Below are positions 1 through 11,854 of a stretch of DNA of 48,800 nt, piece after piece. Source of the DNA: Klebsormidium nitens (taxonomy: Eukaryota; Plantae; Klebsormidiophyceae). Every line of letters starts with the position of its first letter. Position 1 is the first letter of the stretch. The notes beneath the pieces were generated by a model, which saw only the letters and a list, made by a program, of their open reading frames with translations, made no database searches and was not told the DNA's origin. Position numbers and translations under genes: made by a program. The stretch is from contig DF237126.1 of NCBI GenBank assembly GCA_000708835.1, positions 1-48,800 on the forward strand, read 5' to 3'.

Positions 1-763
1 AGGCTCCAGCTCTTTACCCGCCAATTTGCCCGCCTCAGGCTAACGGGGGCGTCGCTGTGTGGCCGTTCGATCGACAGTTGGCTGAACGATTAGTCTAATC
101 ATTAGACCATCCATGATCCGTCAATTTTTCGGCATGATTTGTTGGGGCTAAATGCGTCATGCATGAAGCTGGCTGCTGCCACCGGACTCGGCCATTGAAC
201 GACCATTCATCTCCACACATCTTCCTTAAAAACTTTGAGTCCCATGTATGTTTTACTTACAGCCTGCATCTCAAATCTTTGCCTAGCTGTTGCGCTCCAG
301 TAAGTATAGCACACATGCATGTGCAACGTGCTCTCAAAAACGCGACAATCCAGGAGCACCGGCATGGCAGTAATGATGCCAGAAGCGAGCTATCTTCAAT
401 GACTGAGCGGCCCGTCCCTGCGTCATAGTGTCAGATTCATGCAATCACCTCCGGAAATCTCTCATGAATTAGTTCCACCACGGCCCGACCTGTATGCAAA
501 CCTGGATACATGCCGCCTAGCATGTTACATGAATGATCATGGTCCAATTATGATTGCTGAAAGTCTCACATGGTGGCTAGCTCCGCTTTGGCTTCCCAGT
601 AATCCCTTCGCCTGACATCATTGAAAAGCATGGCAGGCCTATGCAAAAGCGCAAGCTACTCTTCAAAGGTCGCCTCGAGTCTTTGAGTCACCGAAGAAAG
701 TGTAAGAGCAGGATGCCGTTTTTTTTCTGGCAAGCAACTCCAACAAATATTGAAAAACCTGAC

Positions 764-3700
764 TCACGTTGGAGGGATGAAGTTCCCATCAAGGTCCCAC
801 GGCCTTGTTACACACTTTTTACCGACTACACTTCGTTTCTTGATAACATTGCCGTCTGGCCCTCGGTATTCTGGAAAGTAATCTAGGAAGGACTTGCTGC
901 CCAGCTCCTTCATGCCATCGAACAAAAACCCGTGTATGTAAGCCTGAAAACAGAGAAGTTTACAAAGCGTCAGTCTTTCGCAGGCTGCTTTTTGAATACG
1001 TGCAGCCATCAACAAGCGATCCGGCCTGCATTCACGCTGCAAAGAGGCAGATGTCATCCCTTCCAAAGTGGTTTCCAATCCTTTCTACAAGGAAAGTTTG
1101 AAGAGAATGACGTGTCCGCGCGCAATATGCCTCAAAATCTCGCACCATACGGTCGTAATTCGGTCATTGCTACCCAATCAGTCTTGCAATCAGGCAAGCG
1201 TTGTAGTCATCCATTTCGGAGGGGACCATTCGCTCACCTCGCACAGCTCCGTCCCGTATAATCTCGTGATGGTTGGTCGCCCGGGATCCTACACCACGCG
1301 GACCAGAAAATAGTGAGAACAGTGCGGGTTTCCAATGGATGGAGATGCAGCTCAATCGTCACCGAGCTTGACAAAAGCTTTTATGCCAGCTGTGCGCCGT
1401 TCGGCTCCAGGAAAGTGCGCTTGTGACGTGAGAGTACTAAAGAACTTTCCTCATACGCGGCAGCAAACGTGTGGCTCGGCTTGACAGCAAAGTTTTGAGA
1501 TGGGAAGCATACAGTCAGTTAGTTTGAAAGTACAGATCAACATGGTGCCCACAGAGTCAAAAGACGTCTCACTGATACAGTCAGGAAAGACGAGAACCGT
1601 TTTTGGGTGAAAACCGAGATTAATCTCGTGTGGTCGTGTTCTTTCCGAAAAGGACAAAACGTAAAGGAGAAAGCGAAACCGAACGAAACATCGGCAGAAA
1701 TGAACGAGCTACGCGATCGATAAACCGTAGACAAGCGCTTTTCGTTACAGAATTACCTTCCCGTCCACGCTAGCCTGGTCAATCTTAACAAAAGTCCACT
1801 TTCTGGGAACTGAGAGTTTCGTAAAAGCAACCCCGTCGGCCTTCAGGCGCACCGCAAAGCCGTTTCACGATTCGCAATCTGCCCAACAAACAGGAATCTC
1901 CGGAAGAACAGAGAAACGGCTCACCTTCTCTGCCCGCCAGCAGACGTACTTGTGCTGCGCTTCCCTGTTGCGTGCAATCTCTACCGGATCTGTGGTCGGG
2001 ACGGCCTTCGCGACCATCTCAGCGTACGCCTGGAAGATGCACGCGTGTTTTTGATCAGCGATTTAAGAAGTCAGCGTTTAAGAAGACGCAGCTGTTTCTC
2101 CCGGTGCTCTCCATCCTATCCGCCGACTATTAGGCAGCCGACGAACTTGCCAGTCGAAACATGACCCGATAATGCTTTGATGTTGTCAGGCCATTTGCGG
2201 GTCACCCTCGACAGAGCCGGTGGCGTTTTGTGCGGAGAGCTCAGACCCAGCCTAAGGGAGGCCACCGCTTTCATGGGGAGCTTCTTCAGGTAAGCATAGG
2301 AGTTCATTTTCGCACTGTCGTAGATGCTTTCCGAACGTTGAATAGGATCATCTGAGCCATCAAGCAGATACGAATTCAGTCGACAGAATAGAGCTCGAGT
2401 TTGCATAACTATCAGATTGTAGGAAGACCTGAAACGGTTCGGAACTTAGTCGGTCAACAGATCTCCAAACTTTTTACAAAGAGAACATGTGTTCAATCTG
2501 AAGGCAGCGCTCAACATGAAACAATAGGGCTCCGCAAAGCTGCCCAGAGGATGCGCCGGTGGCTCACGTCTATGTACTCCTTGAAAGCTTCGAAGATGAC
2601 TGTCTGGACGGTGGTCCGGTCGCTGGGCCTCGTCCACAGCAGCGCAGGCGAGAAGAACTGGAGAGACTCCGCTGTGAACTCTCCACCCCAGGGCAGGACC
2701 TGCGGAAAGAAACGTGCATGGTTCCCTGTCGCACAGCGCAACGTCTGCACCACAATCCCTGCAGAAGAAGGCTTCTGTACCTATGCAGTTCGTGGATCCC
2801 GATAGAAGCCGAGAAGCACAGGTTGCGCCACCAAAGCTTGCGAAAAAGGAAACTTTGCTTTTCGTCACTGCCATCCTCCAATCCGGCACGAAGGGAGCCT
2901 CAAAAAAGGTCCTGCAGTGGTGAGTACGGAACAGTCTGGGCCTTGCGAACACGCAGCACGAGTCACTGACCCCGGCTAAGAATGTTCGCTGTCACTACTG
3001 GGGAGTGAAAACACCTACCTTAATATACCGGTTAGTAATGGGCAAGAGCGGCTTGATGTGCTTCTCAAAGTGCTCGGGCGTTTTATGTAGGGGGTTCAGG
3101 TCCCTGGACAGAGCAGAAGAGTGCAAGGTCAGAAAGCAAGGACCTTGGAACACAGGAAGCATCGTTGATACAAAGCATCTAGCACAGTCTATTTGCTGAG
3201 AGTGAGGCAGAGGAAGAACCATTCGAACAAGGAAGCGCTGTAAAGGGGAAGTGACAGATAAAAGAGCTGCAGCTCACAAAATCTGCAGGTGACCCCGTGG
3301 GAGGGTGACAAGATCCGCACAGAAGTAGGGGAGGTCGTACTCAGGACGAGGAAAGGCAATCAGGTTTAACACCTGCATAGACAACATAATAGCTTGAAGA
3401 AGCGCGTCAAACCGCCTGGTAATTGCATTCTTACTTCAAGTCACCTCACGTGAGAGTATGAGATAGGACTCGCCTCTATGATGGATCACAAGTGGCCTCG
3501 CCGTCAACTTTATTGACGCTATACACAATTTTGGGGGCCTAATGAGCAGTCACTATACACAATTTTGGGGGCCTAATGAGCAGTCACTCTGGACACGTTT
3601 CCACAGAAAAATCATTGTCCATACATTCTTTGATGTCCGGACAACACAAGCCTTGCCAACGGAATTGCCTGTGCTTACCTGGAGATTATTGCCCGCCTGA

Positions 3701-4699
3701 ATGTTGCAGGCCCGCATTTGCCGCAACTTGTGGGATTGCAAGTATGTGCTGTCAGTAACAGCTTTTTGGCCTTTGCTGTCAGTTGCCTCCAATCTGATGA
3801 ACTCTTCCTGCACTTTCACAAGGAACGAGGTCAACTCACATCAAGTGCCCTTGGAATAGATCACAAAGGGGCTGGACGTAGCCTTTCTGCGGTGCATATG
3901 TCTTCTGATGTGGTTGTCATAGAGAACGACTCTTGAAAACCGCTTCAACAACACGAATGTCAATTGACAGGGGCCCTTATTGGCTGAAAGGGAAGACATT
4001 CTCCGATTGGCAACACAACTGAACATAATTAGAATATGAATGAAGCCAAAGCTGTGGCCCCTAGCTTGCAGATAAGAAAAGAGACTGAGACACTGCTCAT
4101 GCCAATTCTAGACTTAAGGGGAAGTTGGATTTTTCAAAAGTTTGTTTATGAGCTCCAAAAACAAAAGCTAGTTTTGCGGCGAACCAAAAGGGGGGGATCA
4201 CCAAGAATTCGATCATTCAATCATATTAGGAACAGACCAATTAAAAAGCGTACCACTGTCTCACCTTGATTGGATATGGCCACAGCTCCATCTTCTCCCC
4301 CAAGGCCTTCACAGCATACTCAACAAACGGTTTGTACAGGCCATCGTTGCTGCCAGACTCGCCCGCACTGGCCTCCTCTTCGCTTGATGTTTGTGCAGGC
4401 CCCGCCTCTGCCACAGCTTGGCATGAGTGCCGTGTCCTCCCACCAACATACTGCAACCCTTCACTGCCAGCAAAACTAAGCGTGCTGGAATTGCGACCTT
4501 CACAGAAATTGTCCTGGTGTGAAGTTGCACACCGCTCCGGAAAGAAACGAGAGGAAACTGGTTTAAACTGTGCATTCTTTGCACCCCATCTTGCCTCTAG
4601 GCCGACCTGCTCTTCATAAGCTTTTGTAATTTTGGGGGCAGGCCTCGCCACGTGCAAAGCGGAGCCCCCGGCAGCTGTTCTGAAAAGATGGGCCTGCAT
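764..4699 (-). CDS. HY2: Ferredoxin-dependent bilin reductase HY2 (phytochrome chromophore synthase), probably plastid-targeted; 8 exons, ~403 aa
   Basis: Exons (minus, all GT-AG): 4699-4265, 3807-3679, 3372-3278, 3103-3019, 2699-2568, 2029-1925, 1288-1238, 943-764. The spliced protein has FDBR motifs [77 protein letters not shown], and the HY2-type C-terminal tail [14 protein letters not shown]...[18 protein letters not shown]. The N-terminal ~100 aa are Ala/Ser/Arg-rich, transit-peptide-like. The start ATG at 4699 has an in-frame stop just upstream. Confidence 0.93.
3519..3586. repeat. Perfect 2x34-bp tandem duplication in HY2 intron 2
   Basis: ctatacacaattttgggggcctaatgagcagtca occurs at 3519-3552 and 3553-3586. 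Confidence 0.95.
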
Positions 4700-5115
4700 G
4701 GGGAGCTAACCCCTTTGTCTTCAACCACGTAAAGGGTTCTTGGGCACCAAATGCTGGGTGGCAAAGAGAATTGAAGCAGGTGTGAAAGAAAGCATGCATA
4801 AACCTTAATATTATACGTACTGTAAACTTCGAGAGAGACTCCGAGAGAGAATGAAGCCAAGGTGCACAACTCCTTCTCTTTTCGTCCGCCCAAGGGCTCA
4901 CACAACTAGCATGTGCTATACACCGGTAACAGAATGCCCCCAGTTGAGAGTTGATTCATTCAGCCTTTAACGCTACATAGCGGGTTTCGACCGTCTCTAG
5001 TTTCAGCGATTCCCCACCTTGAGAATCTTTTGCACGAGCCGGCCTAGCCTGAGGCTCCCTCCACAAACGGGGCACAAACTTGTCTAAGACTTTAGCTGGG
5101 GGCGCACTCGTTGCC

Positions 5116-8100
5116 ATGGCGGGCTCAAGTGTGCCTAAGGCAAGCAGAGTGCTGATGCCCGTACTGCTGACCTGCCTGCTTCAGTTCATGCTGGCAACTG
5201 CTTTGTCCCAGGATGATTACGTTCGTCCTGCTGCAAAGCCCGATATCAACCCTCGCGACTGGGATTCGAAGAATTTCTGGTTTGGATGGCGCAAGTGGAG
5301 GAAAGATGCGGATGAGCCCGAGCAGGTAAGCTGTGGAAAGCACTCAAGCTAATTTGACAGTGAAGCAGTGGTGTTGGGTCGTTTCTTTCCGGCCCCACTC
5401 ATACTCATTGAACCTTCCTGTCCCAAGTTGGCGGCCGTTCTACAGGGTTATCTCAAAGTGAATTGTATGGCCAAATACATTTGAGCTGCGAGTCACTCTT
5501 GTTTCTTTGCTCACCACTCTTATGCCCCCTTTGCTGGTTCTTTATTCCCACAGCTTGCGAGGTTGTTTCAGAATCGGGATCAAGCGGAGCCACAAGTCCA
5601 GTGTTTGTTTTCTGTAAACATCAATGATCATGATATTTTAGGCTTCGCAAAGGCATGTGCGTTCCAGCAATTGCAGGAGTCCCAATAGTCAGGCCTCGCC
5701 CAGGGCCTTGATTCCAGTGATGGCATTTCAATACAACAATGAGACACTTGCCAAAGAAAGTGTGAAATCTCTCTGCTTCAATCCTGAAGAAGGTCACACA
5801 GCATATCGAGCCAGGTTTCTCACCCTCCAGAAGATGCATGGAGCTCTCTTCCCCACAATCGCCTCATAGCGCAATAACTCAAGGAGTAGTAACACATTTA
5901 GGCTTTTGCCTTCTACTCTCAGGTGCACATTACGCACGTCAAACCCGGCCAGGTCAGTGTCACATGGATCGTCCCCAGCCGGACTAAGACCAAGTCGGTT
6001 GTCATGTACTCCACCGAGCCTGAGAAGTACTCCAACGAGGCCACAGGGGTGTCTGAGACATATGGGTACACCATCTCGTACAAGTCAGGGCGCATCCACC
6101 ATGTGACTCTGGGGGACAAAAAGCGTCTGCTGCCGGATACGACGTACTACTATCGGGTTGGCGACCCGAATTCCAAGATCAGCAAGGAGCTCAGCTTCAA
6201 GACGCTGCCCAGCCAGGGCCCAGATGTGCCGCTCAAGTTTGTTGTGATCGGTGAGGTCGCGGGCTGCGGACATTGGTTATGTTGTTGATTGCTAAGGATT
6301 ACATAAACTGCAACCTTCAGACGAGCCAATTTTAAAGACATGAGGTTCTACTACATGATAAGGTCCGCTATTGAACAGAAGGGTTGGGGCGAGTGGTCCT
6401 CCACATTAAGCTCAATTTGACGCTGGAATATTGGGGGAATTCTTGCACTCGTGTTCGTCTTTTTAAATCAGCATTGCCCAATTGACAGAATCTTGGCCTA
6501 AATAAAGAACCGTGCTCACAACACTGTGGTCGACTTACTACTTGCAAAGCTGACAAGTTTGTGGTCCTTGCAGGTGATCTGGGCCAGACAGAGTGGTCAC
6601 AGAGCACCCTGGGGCACATCAGCAAGACCGAATATGACATGGTTATCCTGGCGGGAGACCTGTCTTATGCAGATAGGTAAGAGCTTGTTTGGACCACCAA
6701 ACTGCTGGGGGTACTGTTCTGAAGCAAGATTCGTCTGGTCAATCCATGAAGTGGCGTTCTGGTTGTCAACGACTTCTATGCCTCTTTGCAACAGAGCCTC
6801 CTGGTTTTACTTTCTGGTCCCGATTTTTTGATGGTATTCCTTTTCGGATCATCATTCCTGACGGAAAATGAGTTTCTGAAGACGCCGTTCCCGAACAGGT
6901 ATCAGCCCCGTTGGGACACATGGGGCCGCTTGGTCGAGCCCGTCTTCAGCCGCGCACCGTTCATGTCTGTAGAGGGCAACCACGAGATCGAGACGCTCGC
7001 GTTCAACCTCCCCACTCCTTTTACCGCATACAACGCGCGCTATCCAATGCCCTTCCGGGAGAGCGGTTCGGATTCGAACTTGTACTACTCGTTTGAGGCA
7101 GCTGGCGCGCACGTGCTTATGCTGGGGTCGTATACCGAGTACCACCCGGGGTCCCCGCAGTACAAGTGGCTTGAGGTATGACATGCTCGGCATTCGGACA
7201 GGGAAAGTGAACTGCCTGCAAAGCAGGTTTCTGATCTGACTCGCGTAGATTTGAGCGATCACCCTGTTTGATACCTCAAAGACGTGCCTGCTCCGGCACG
7301 ACAGGTCGTTTGTCAGTGATATCAATAGGGGGAATGATTGATGCTCTGCAAGTTGCCGCGATGCGACCTTGTGGTCCTGTGAGAACACGTTCCAAGGTGG
7401 TCCTGAACTGGAAACAAGCTGAAGGTGTACTCGCTCCTTCGAGTCTATCCACTTCCCTTCTGCGGGTGGGCTCGTGTGACCTGGTGTTGGCTTTCTTGCA
7501 ATTTCAGTGCACTGGATGCACTTCTGCTATGAGTTTCCTCCAAGACATTCCGCTTTCGCGTCAAAGTTTTGCGTTCCGCATGGTTGTCTGACCCGTTCTT
7601 CCATGCGAATGCAGGAGGATCTGAGCCAGGTCGACCGCTCCAAGACCCCCTGGCTGATCGCTGTTTTCCATGCCCCCTGGTAAGCCCTTGCTCCAGCCCC
7701 GTGATTGCCTGCACGAAACCGAGAAGGTACAGGGAGACAGGGAAGCTTCGCTACCGACCCCCTAAAGTTTCTCAAGAATACTTCTGTGGCCCTTGCGAAG
7801 GCCAAGAGTCTTGCTCCGTTAGTGGCGTTTCTCTGCTCCCTCTTGACGTTGTTGATTTGCCAACCAGAGCGTCGTGCTTCGTGGTCGTCGACGGGACTTG
7901 GTTTCGCAAGGCGCTGCTAGGACGAGCTCGATCGGAAAGCCGTGTTGCGCTTCACGTGTGTCCTGTTCTTGTCGCTCCCCTCCTTCTCGGCTAGAAGTCT
8001 TGCGATTGCACCCGCTGATCTCCTCACTACTTCTCTTCCCGTTTTGTTCCTCTTATTCTTGAATCACCTCCCTCCGGGTCTCCTTTGTTCTGTGCCGCAG

Positions 8101-9432
8101 ATTATGTCGTGTTGCCTCACCGCTCTCTGTCAGCTTCCTGCTTTTCGACCTCCCTGATGCTTCCCATTCTTGAGATTCTCACCACTTCCCTTCTTCTTGG
8201 AACATGAAGCACGGGTCATTGCCTCACTGTCCACACGCGGCTCGATGCAGGCACAACTCCAACTTCTCGCACCAGGGGGTTCGTGCTGCCCTTGTCTTGA
8301 GAATTATGGTCGCGTCCTGATCTCTGGACAACACCTAGAAGACAAAGCACGGGTGGTTGCCTTACTGCGCCTAACCTCGGCTGTACGGTGCTGCAGGTAC
8401 AACTCCAATTTCGCCCACCAGGGCGAGGGCGATCTGATGAAGGCCGCCATGGAGGGCCTGCTCTACTCGGCGCGCGTGGACATCGTGTTCAGCGGCCACG
8501 TGCACGCATACGAGCGCTTCGTGAGCTTCTCCGTCGTGTATCCCATCGTTTCGCTGTCGTTCTCGAAGCGACAGTGGTTTCTAAATAAGCATGTTACGAA
8601 TGTTGTGGGAGCGCCTTGAGACTGGTGGATTCCCTCTACTTTGCCGTTCGGCCCAATTTTCGTCATCCTTCATGAACACGCCTTCGAGCCCTTTCCAAAC
8701 CTTTTTCGACTCTTCGCCGCTTTGTCATTTTTCGTTTTGTACTCGCTTCCTGGTTCATCAGGTTTTGGAGGAGACTTCATGTCTGCAAGCGAGGAGTCTG
8801 TGACTGAGCCTGCCGGTTCGCTGCTGCAGGATCGCGTCTTTGAGGACAAGGCCGACAAGTGCGGGCCCGTTTACATTGTTGTCGGGGATGGAGGCAACAG
8901 AGAAGGCCTCGCGACCAAGTAAGCGACATTATGGATTGATTGCCGTCATCAATATACTTTTTCCGCACTCAGCCAAAGACATGGTCCTCTGCCGATTGTG
9001 TCTACCTCCAAGGCATCCTCTTTCCGCCACTTTTTCGCACTTGCGAACCCCGGCGGCTGTTGTTCTGCATCTTGAGCTTGGACCCGCCTTACTCGCACAG
9101 GTTGACAAACGCCTCACCTTGCGGAAGTGCAGGACCCTCCACAAGATAGACGATTAGTTTGGTTAGCTGTCCACCCAATCACAGCAAAGTGTAGACAACC
9201 AGAACCGAACGAAGTGCATTTCGGCTCATTTTGCAGGTACCTCGACCCACAGCCGTCCATCTCTCTCCGGCGCGAGGCCAGTTTCGGCTACGGCGCTTTC
9301 GAGCTGGCGAACAGCACCCATGCCGTCTGGAGATGGCACCGGAACCAGGATGAGGTGACGGTGACGTCAGACGAGGTCTGGCTCCAAAGCTTGGCCCGAC
9401 CCGGCAGCCCCTGCGGTGCATTGGTGACATAA
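5116..9432 (+). CDS. PAP: Secreted purple acid phosphatase (plant PAP18/PAP22-like; FN3-like N-domain plus metallophosphoesterase domain); 8 exons
   Basis: Exons: 5116-5325, 5923-6250, 6574-6676, 6899-7175, 7615-7679, 8397-8520, 8830-8918, 9237-9432, all GT-AG with compatible phases. Signal-peptide-like VLLTCLLQFMLATALS. All five PAP metal-binding motifs are present: GDLG, GDLSY, GNHE, VFH, GHVH; also GDGGNREG and REASFG. Confidence 0.95.
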
Positions 9433-10593
9433 AATCAAGAGGGTCTGCAGTGGCGGTCCTGAGAGGTCTTCTGCATGGCGCTCAGGGTGCGATCCTTCGA
9501 CGAGCCGATCTGATGCCTTTCGGATGAGCATTTTGTAAATAGATCATATCTGTTCTGCTTGTACACTAGCCAATGGCACCTTATAAGCACAGGACGATGC
9601 TTCGAGCTTTTTTCGAAGAGGGCCAAGTGATTCATTGGTGAACCTACTGGGCGAACAAGAGCAGGCCAACAAGCCTGGAGCTTTCAAAGCGTACTGCAAA
9701 CTCGTTGTCTGTCTCGCAACATTGAACATTGCCGCGTTTAGAGAGGCTGATTTTGCCTTTTTGGCTCTAACTCACAGGCTCTCAAAATACTGATATCAAT
9801 GCCATCTCCTATACCGGCTGCCTTGCTACTTTCATTGCATGCATCTAGCCTGATGGATTCGAGAATGCCATGAATTAAGTCGGACAGCTGCTGCTCATAT
9901 GCGGTACGAAAGCGGCAGCACGAAATGAGATTGTACGGTCACCGTTGCAGTGCCGCGCCAGTCACTCGGAAATCGAACTCCGCCCGCATGTTCGTACGTT
10001 TGCTTACCTACCAACTTATGTATCGCGCTGGCGCGCACAGGCCGCCAGGACCGTTGATCATGTATAGTCAGAAAACGTATTCTCATGAAAACTCTGGACT
10101 TCTCAACGTGTACACATGTATAACATTCCTGCACAAGACATATCTGAGTCAGATCCGCTTTCAAGCTTTGCGAGATTAGGTTTCATGTCTACTCGATCGC
10201 GATCATGCATATGAGTGTTGGGGCACATGCGCGCGCCCGAGTAGTGCGGCTTCATGCGTCTGCAAGCGCGCCACGCCATAGATTAGATGGCTTATGGCAG
10301 CCGCGAAACTTGAAGGATCAAAAACGCCCTCCTAGAAATATATGAGGGCGGCGGCCTCACCCATCATCATGTCTACGTTTGCTGCGTGAAGCACGTGCCA
10401 GTGTGTTTTAATGCATTTTTGAAGTGTATGGTGTAAGTTCAACAGAACCAGCTAGCTCAATGTCAGACCCGCATGTACGGTGTTTGGGGGCCGCATATGC
10501 AAGGTTTCGAACCGGGCTCTCCTGATAGAGATCGTTTGTGCCGGCCATAGACAGAAAGCTCGAAGTCCAAAAGACAAGTTCTCAACACGACAA

Positions 10594-11470
10594 TGTTATT
10601 GTTATTGTTATTGTTTGATTAGCGTCGGTTCGGAGCCGTGATCGGCTAAGTCGACGATTGTCCTATTACGCTAGCTCGCTTATCTAAAGCAAGATGCACG
10701 AATTTACCTACCACATATGTGTCCTGCAAGTTAAGAAAAGCTTTCAAGTCTCTATGTCGTCTGTCCTCGAATAGAAACTGAAAGGTCGTTCGAATGTCAC
10801 TATAACCCGAGCAATCATATACAAAATGACTCTCCGTCTCTATTGCTCCCGACTTACAGACCTGGCAATGTCGCTCATCGCGAGCAATCCCTTGCCAACT
10901 CCCTGATTCAATAGCGAGCTTGTGTGCTCCCACTCTGAATTTGGCTAGGGTTGCAAAGTGCGCGGAGACGCCTATTTGATCTAATGAAAGGCTCAAAGGA
11001 GTAGCCGATCTTGACTTCACCAAAGTACGTGCAGAACTTTCGGCCATAACCCTCCCTCGGGTCCTGCATATATGCCATCTCAGACCTCTCTTGAAGCAAA
11101 GCTAAGTCCAGAACACCTGTACTTTCGTTTGCTGACACGAGTTCGCAAGCTTTTTCTACGATCCTCGCGTACCACCCGCCCTTGTTTGCTGCCCACATTT
11201 CCCTCGACTCTTCAAAGGCCAAACGGGCCAGCCGATCCTGGGGAAGGCTCGCTACAGTAATGTAGTACTGTAGTCTGTACCCTTGAAGTCCATTGTTGAG
11301 GCCACTTTGCCAGGCCGTTGGGGTTCGGAAAGCAAAACCCTGCGACTTGGAACTGCCGACGCGCGACCGCCCGCGCCTGCGTGAATCTGATTCCGATCAT
11401 CACATCTCACGGTTTTGTCACGGTCGTACCTTTCAGCGCACGCAGCTTCTTCCAACTTGCATGTTTAGTG
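10594..11470 (-). mobile_element. Decayed, 5'-truncated non-LTR retrotransposon (LINE) 3' end with microsatellite tail
   Basis: Minus-strand frameshifted pieces: DRLARLAFEES..WYARIVE, then LAKFRVGAHKLAIESGSW..RDERHCQVCKSGAIETESHFVYDC..Y.DIR. This is the C-terminal CCHC region typical of LINE ORF2. It is followed by an (AACAAT)3+ tail at 10594-10615. The 5' boundary is approximate; I found no TSD. Confidence 0.8.
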
Positions 11471-11562
11471 CCAGCAGCATCATGCACGGGAATGTCACGG
11501 ACGTCATGGTGCTTTAAACCTTCATAATGGACGGTCGCGACATGCGGGCGGCCATCACGTGG
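11458..11562 (+). promoter_or_regulatory. Possible RY (CATGCA) x2 plus G-box/ABRE (CACGTGG) upstream of the oleosin-like gene
   Basis: TGCATG at 11458-11463, CATGCA at 11481-11486 and CACGTGG at 11556-11562, about 300-400 bp before the ATG at 11855. These are short motifs and could be chance. Confidence 0.25.
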
Positions 11563-11854
11563 GCCCATTGCAAGTTGGAAGGGCTGGCAAAACATGCTGA
11601 ATCAGCACGAGAGAGTAGCGTCACAGCAGAAGCGCAGAAGCAAGGCTCAGAGGCTTACCTTTACTGAGTCAGGAACTTGAAGACAGCAACACCAGCGCAG
11701 GACTAGAAAGCTCGTGCTTTTGTTTACAGAACCCGTCCATTCGCACTTTGATAGATCCAGAACTCTTCGATCAGCGCCGCTCTTATCCAAGCTTTGCCCC
11801 CTTCGCTTGCTTCGATCCGTCTCTCCCTGCTTCGATCAGTGACCGCCAGCCAGC

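Noticed and set aside
764-4699. Calling the bilin reductase PebB or PUBS
   Set aside because: The core is PebB-like, but DLNPLH, EAQHKY.CWRAEKDPG and the long [12 protein letters not shown] tail are HY2 features. A phylogeny would settle it.
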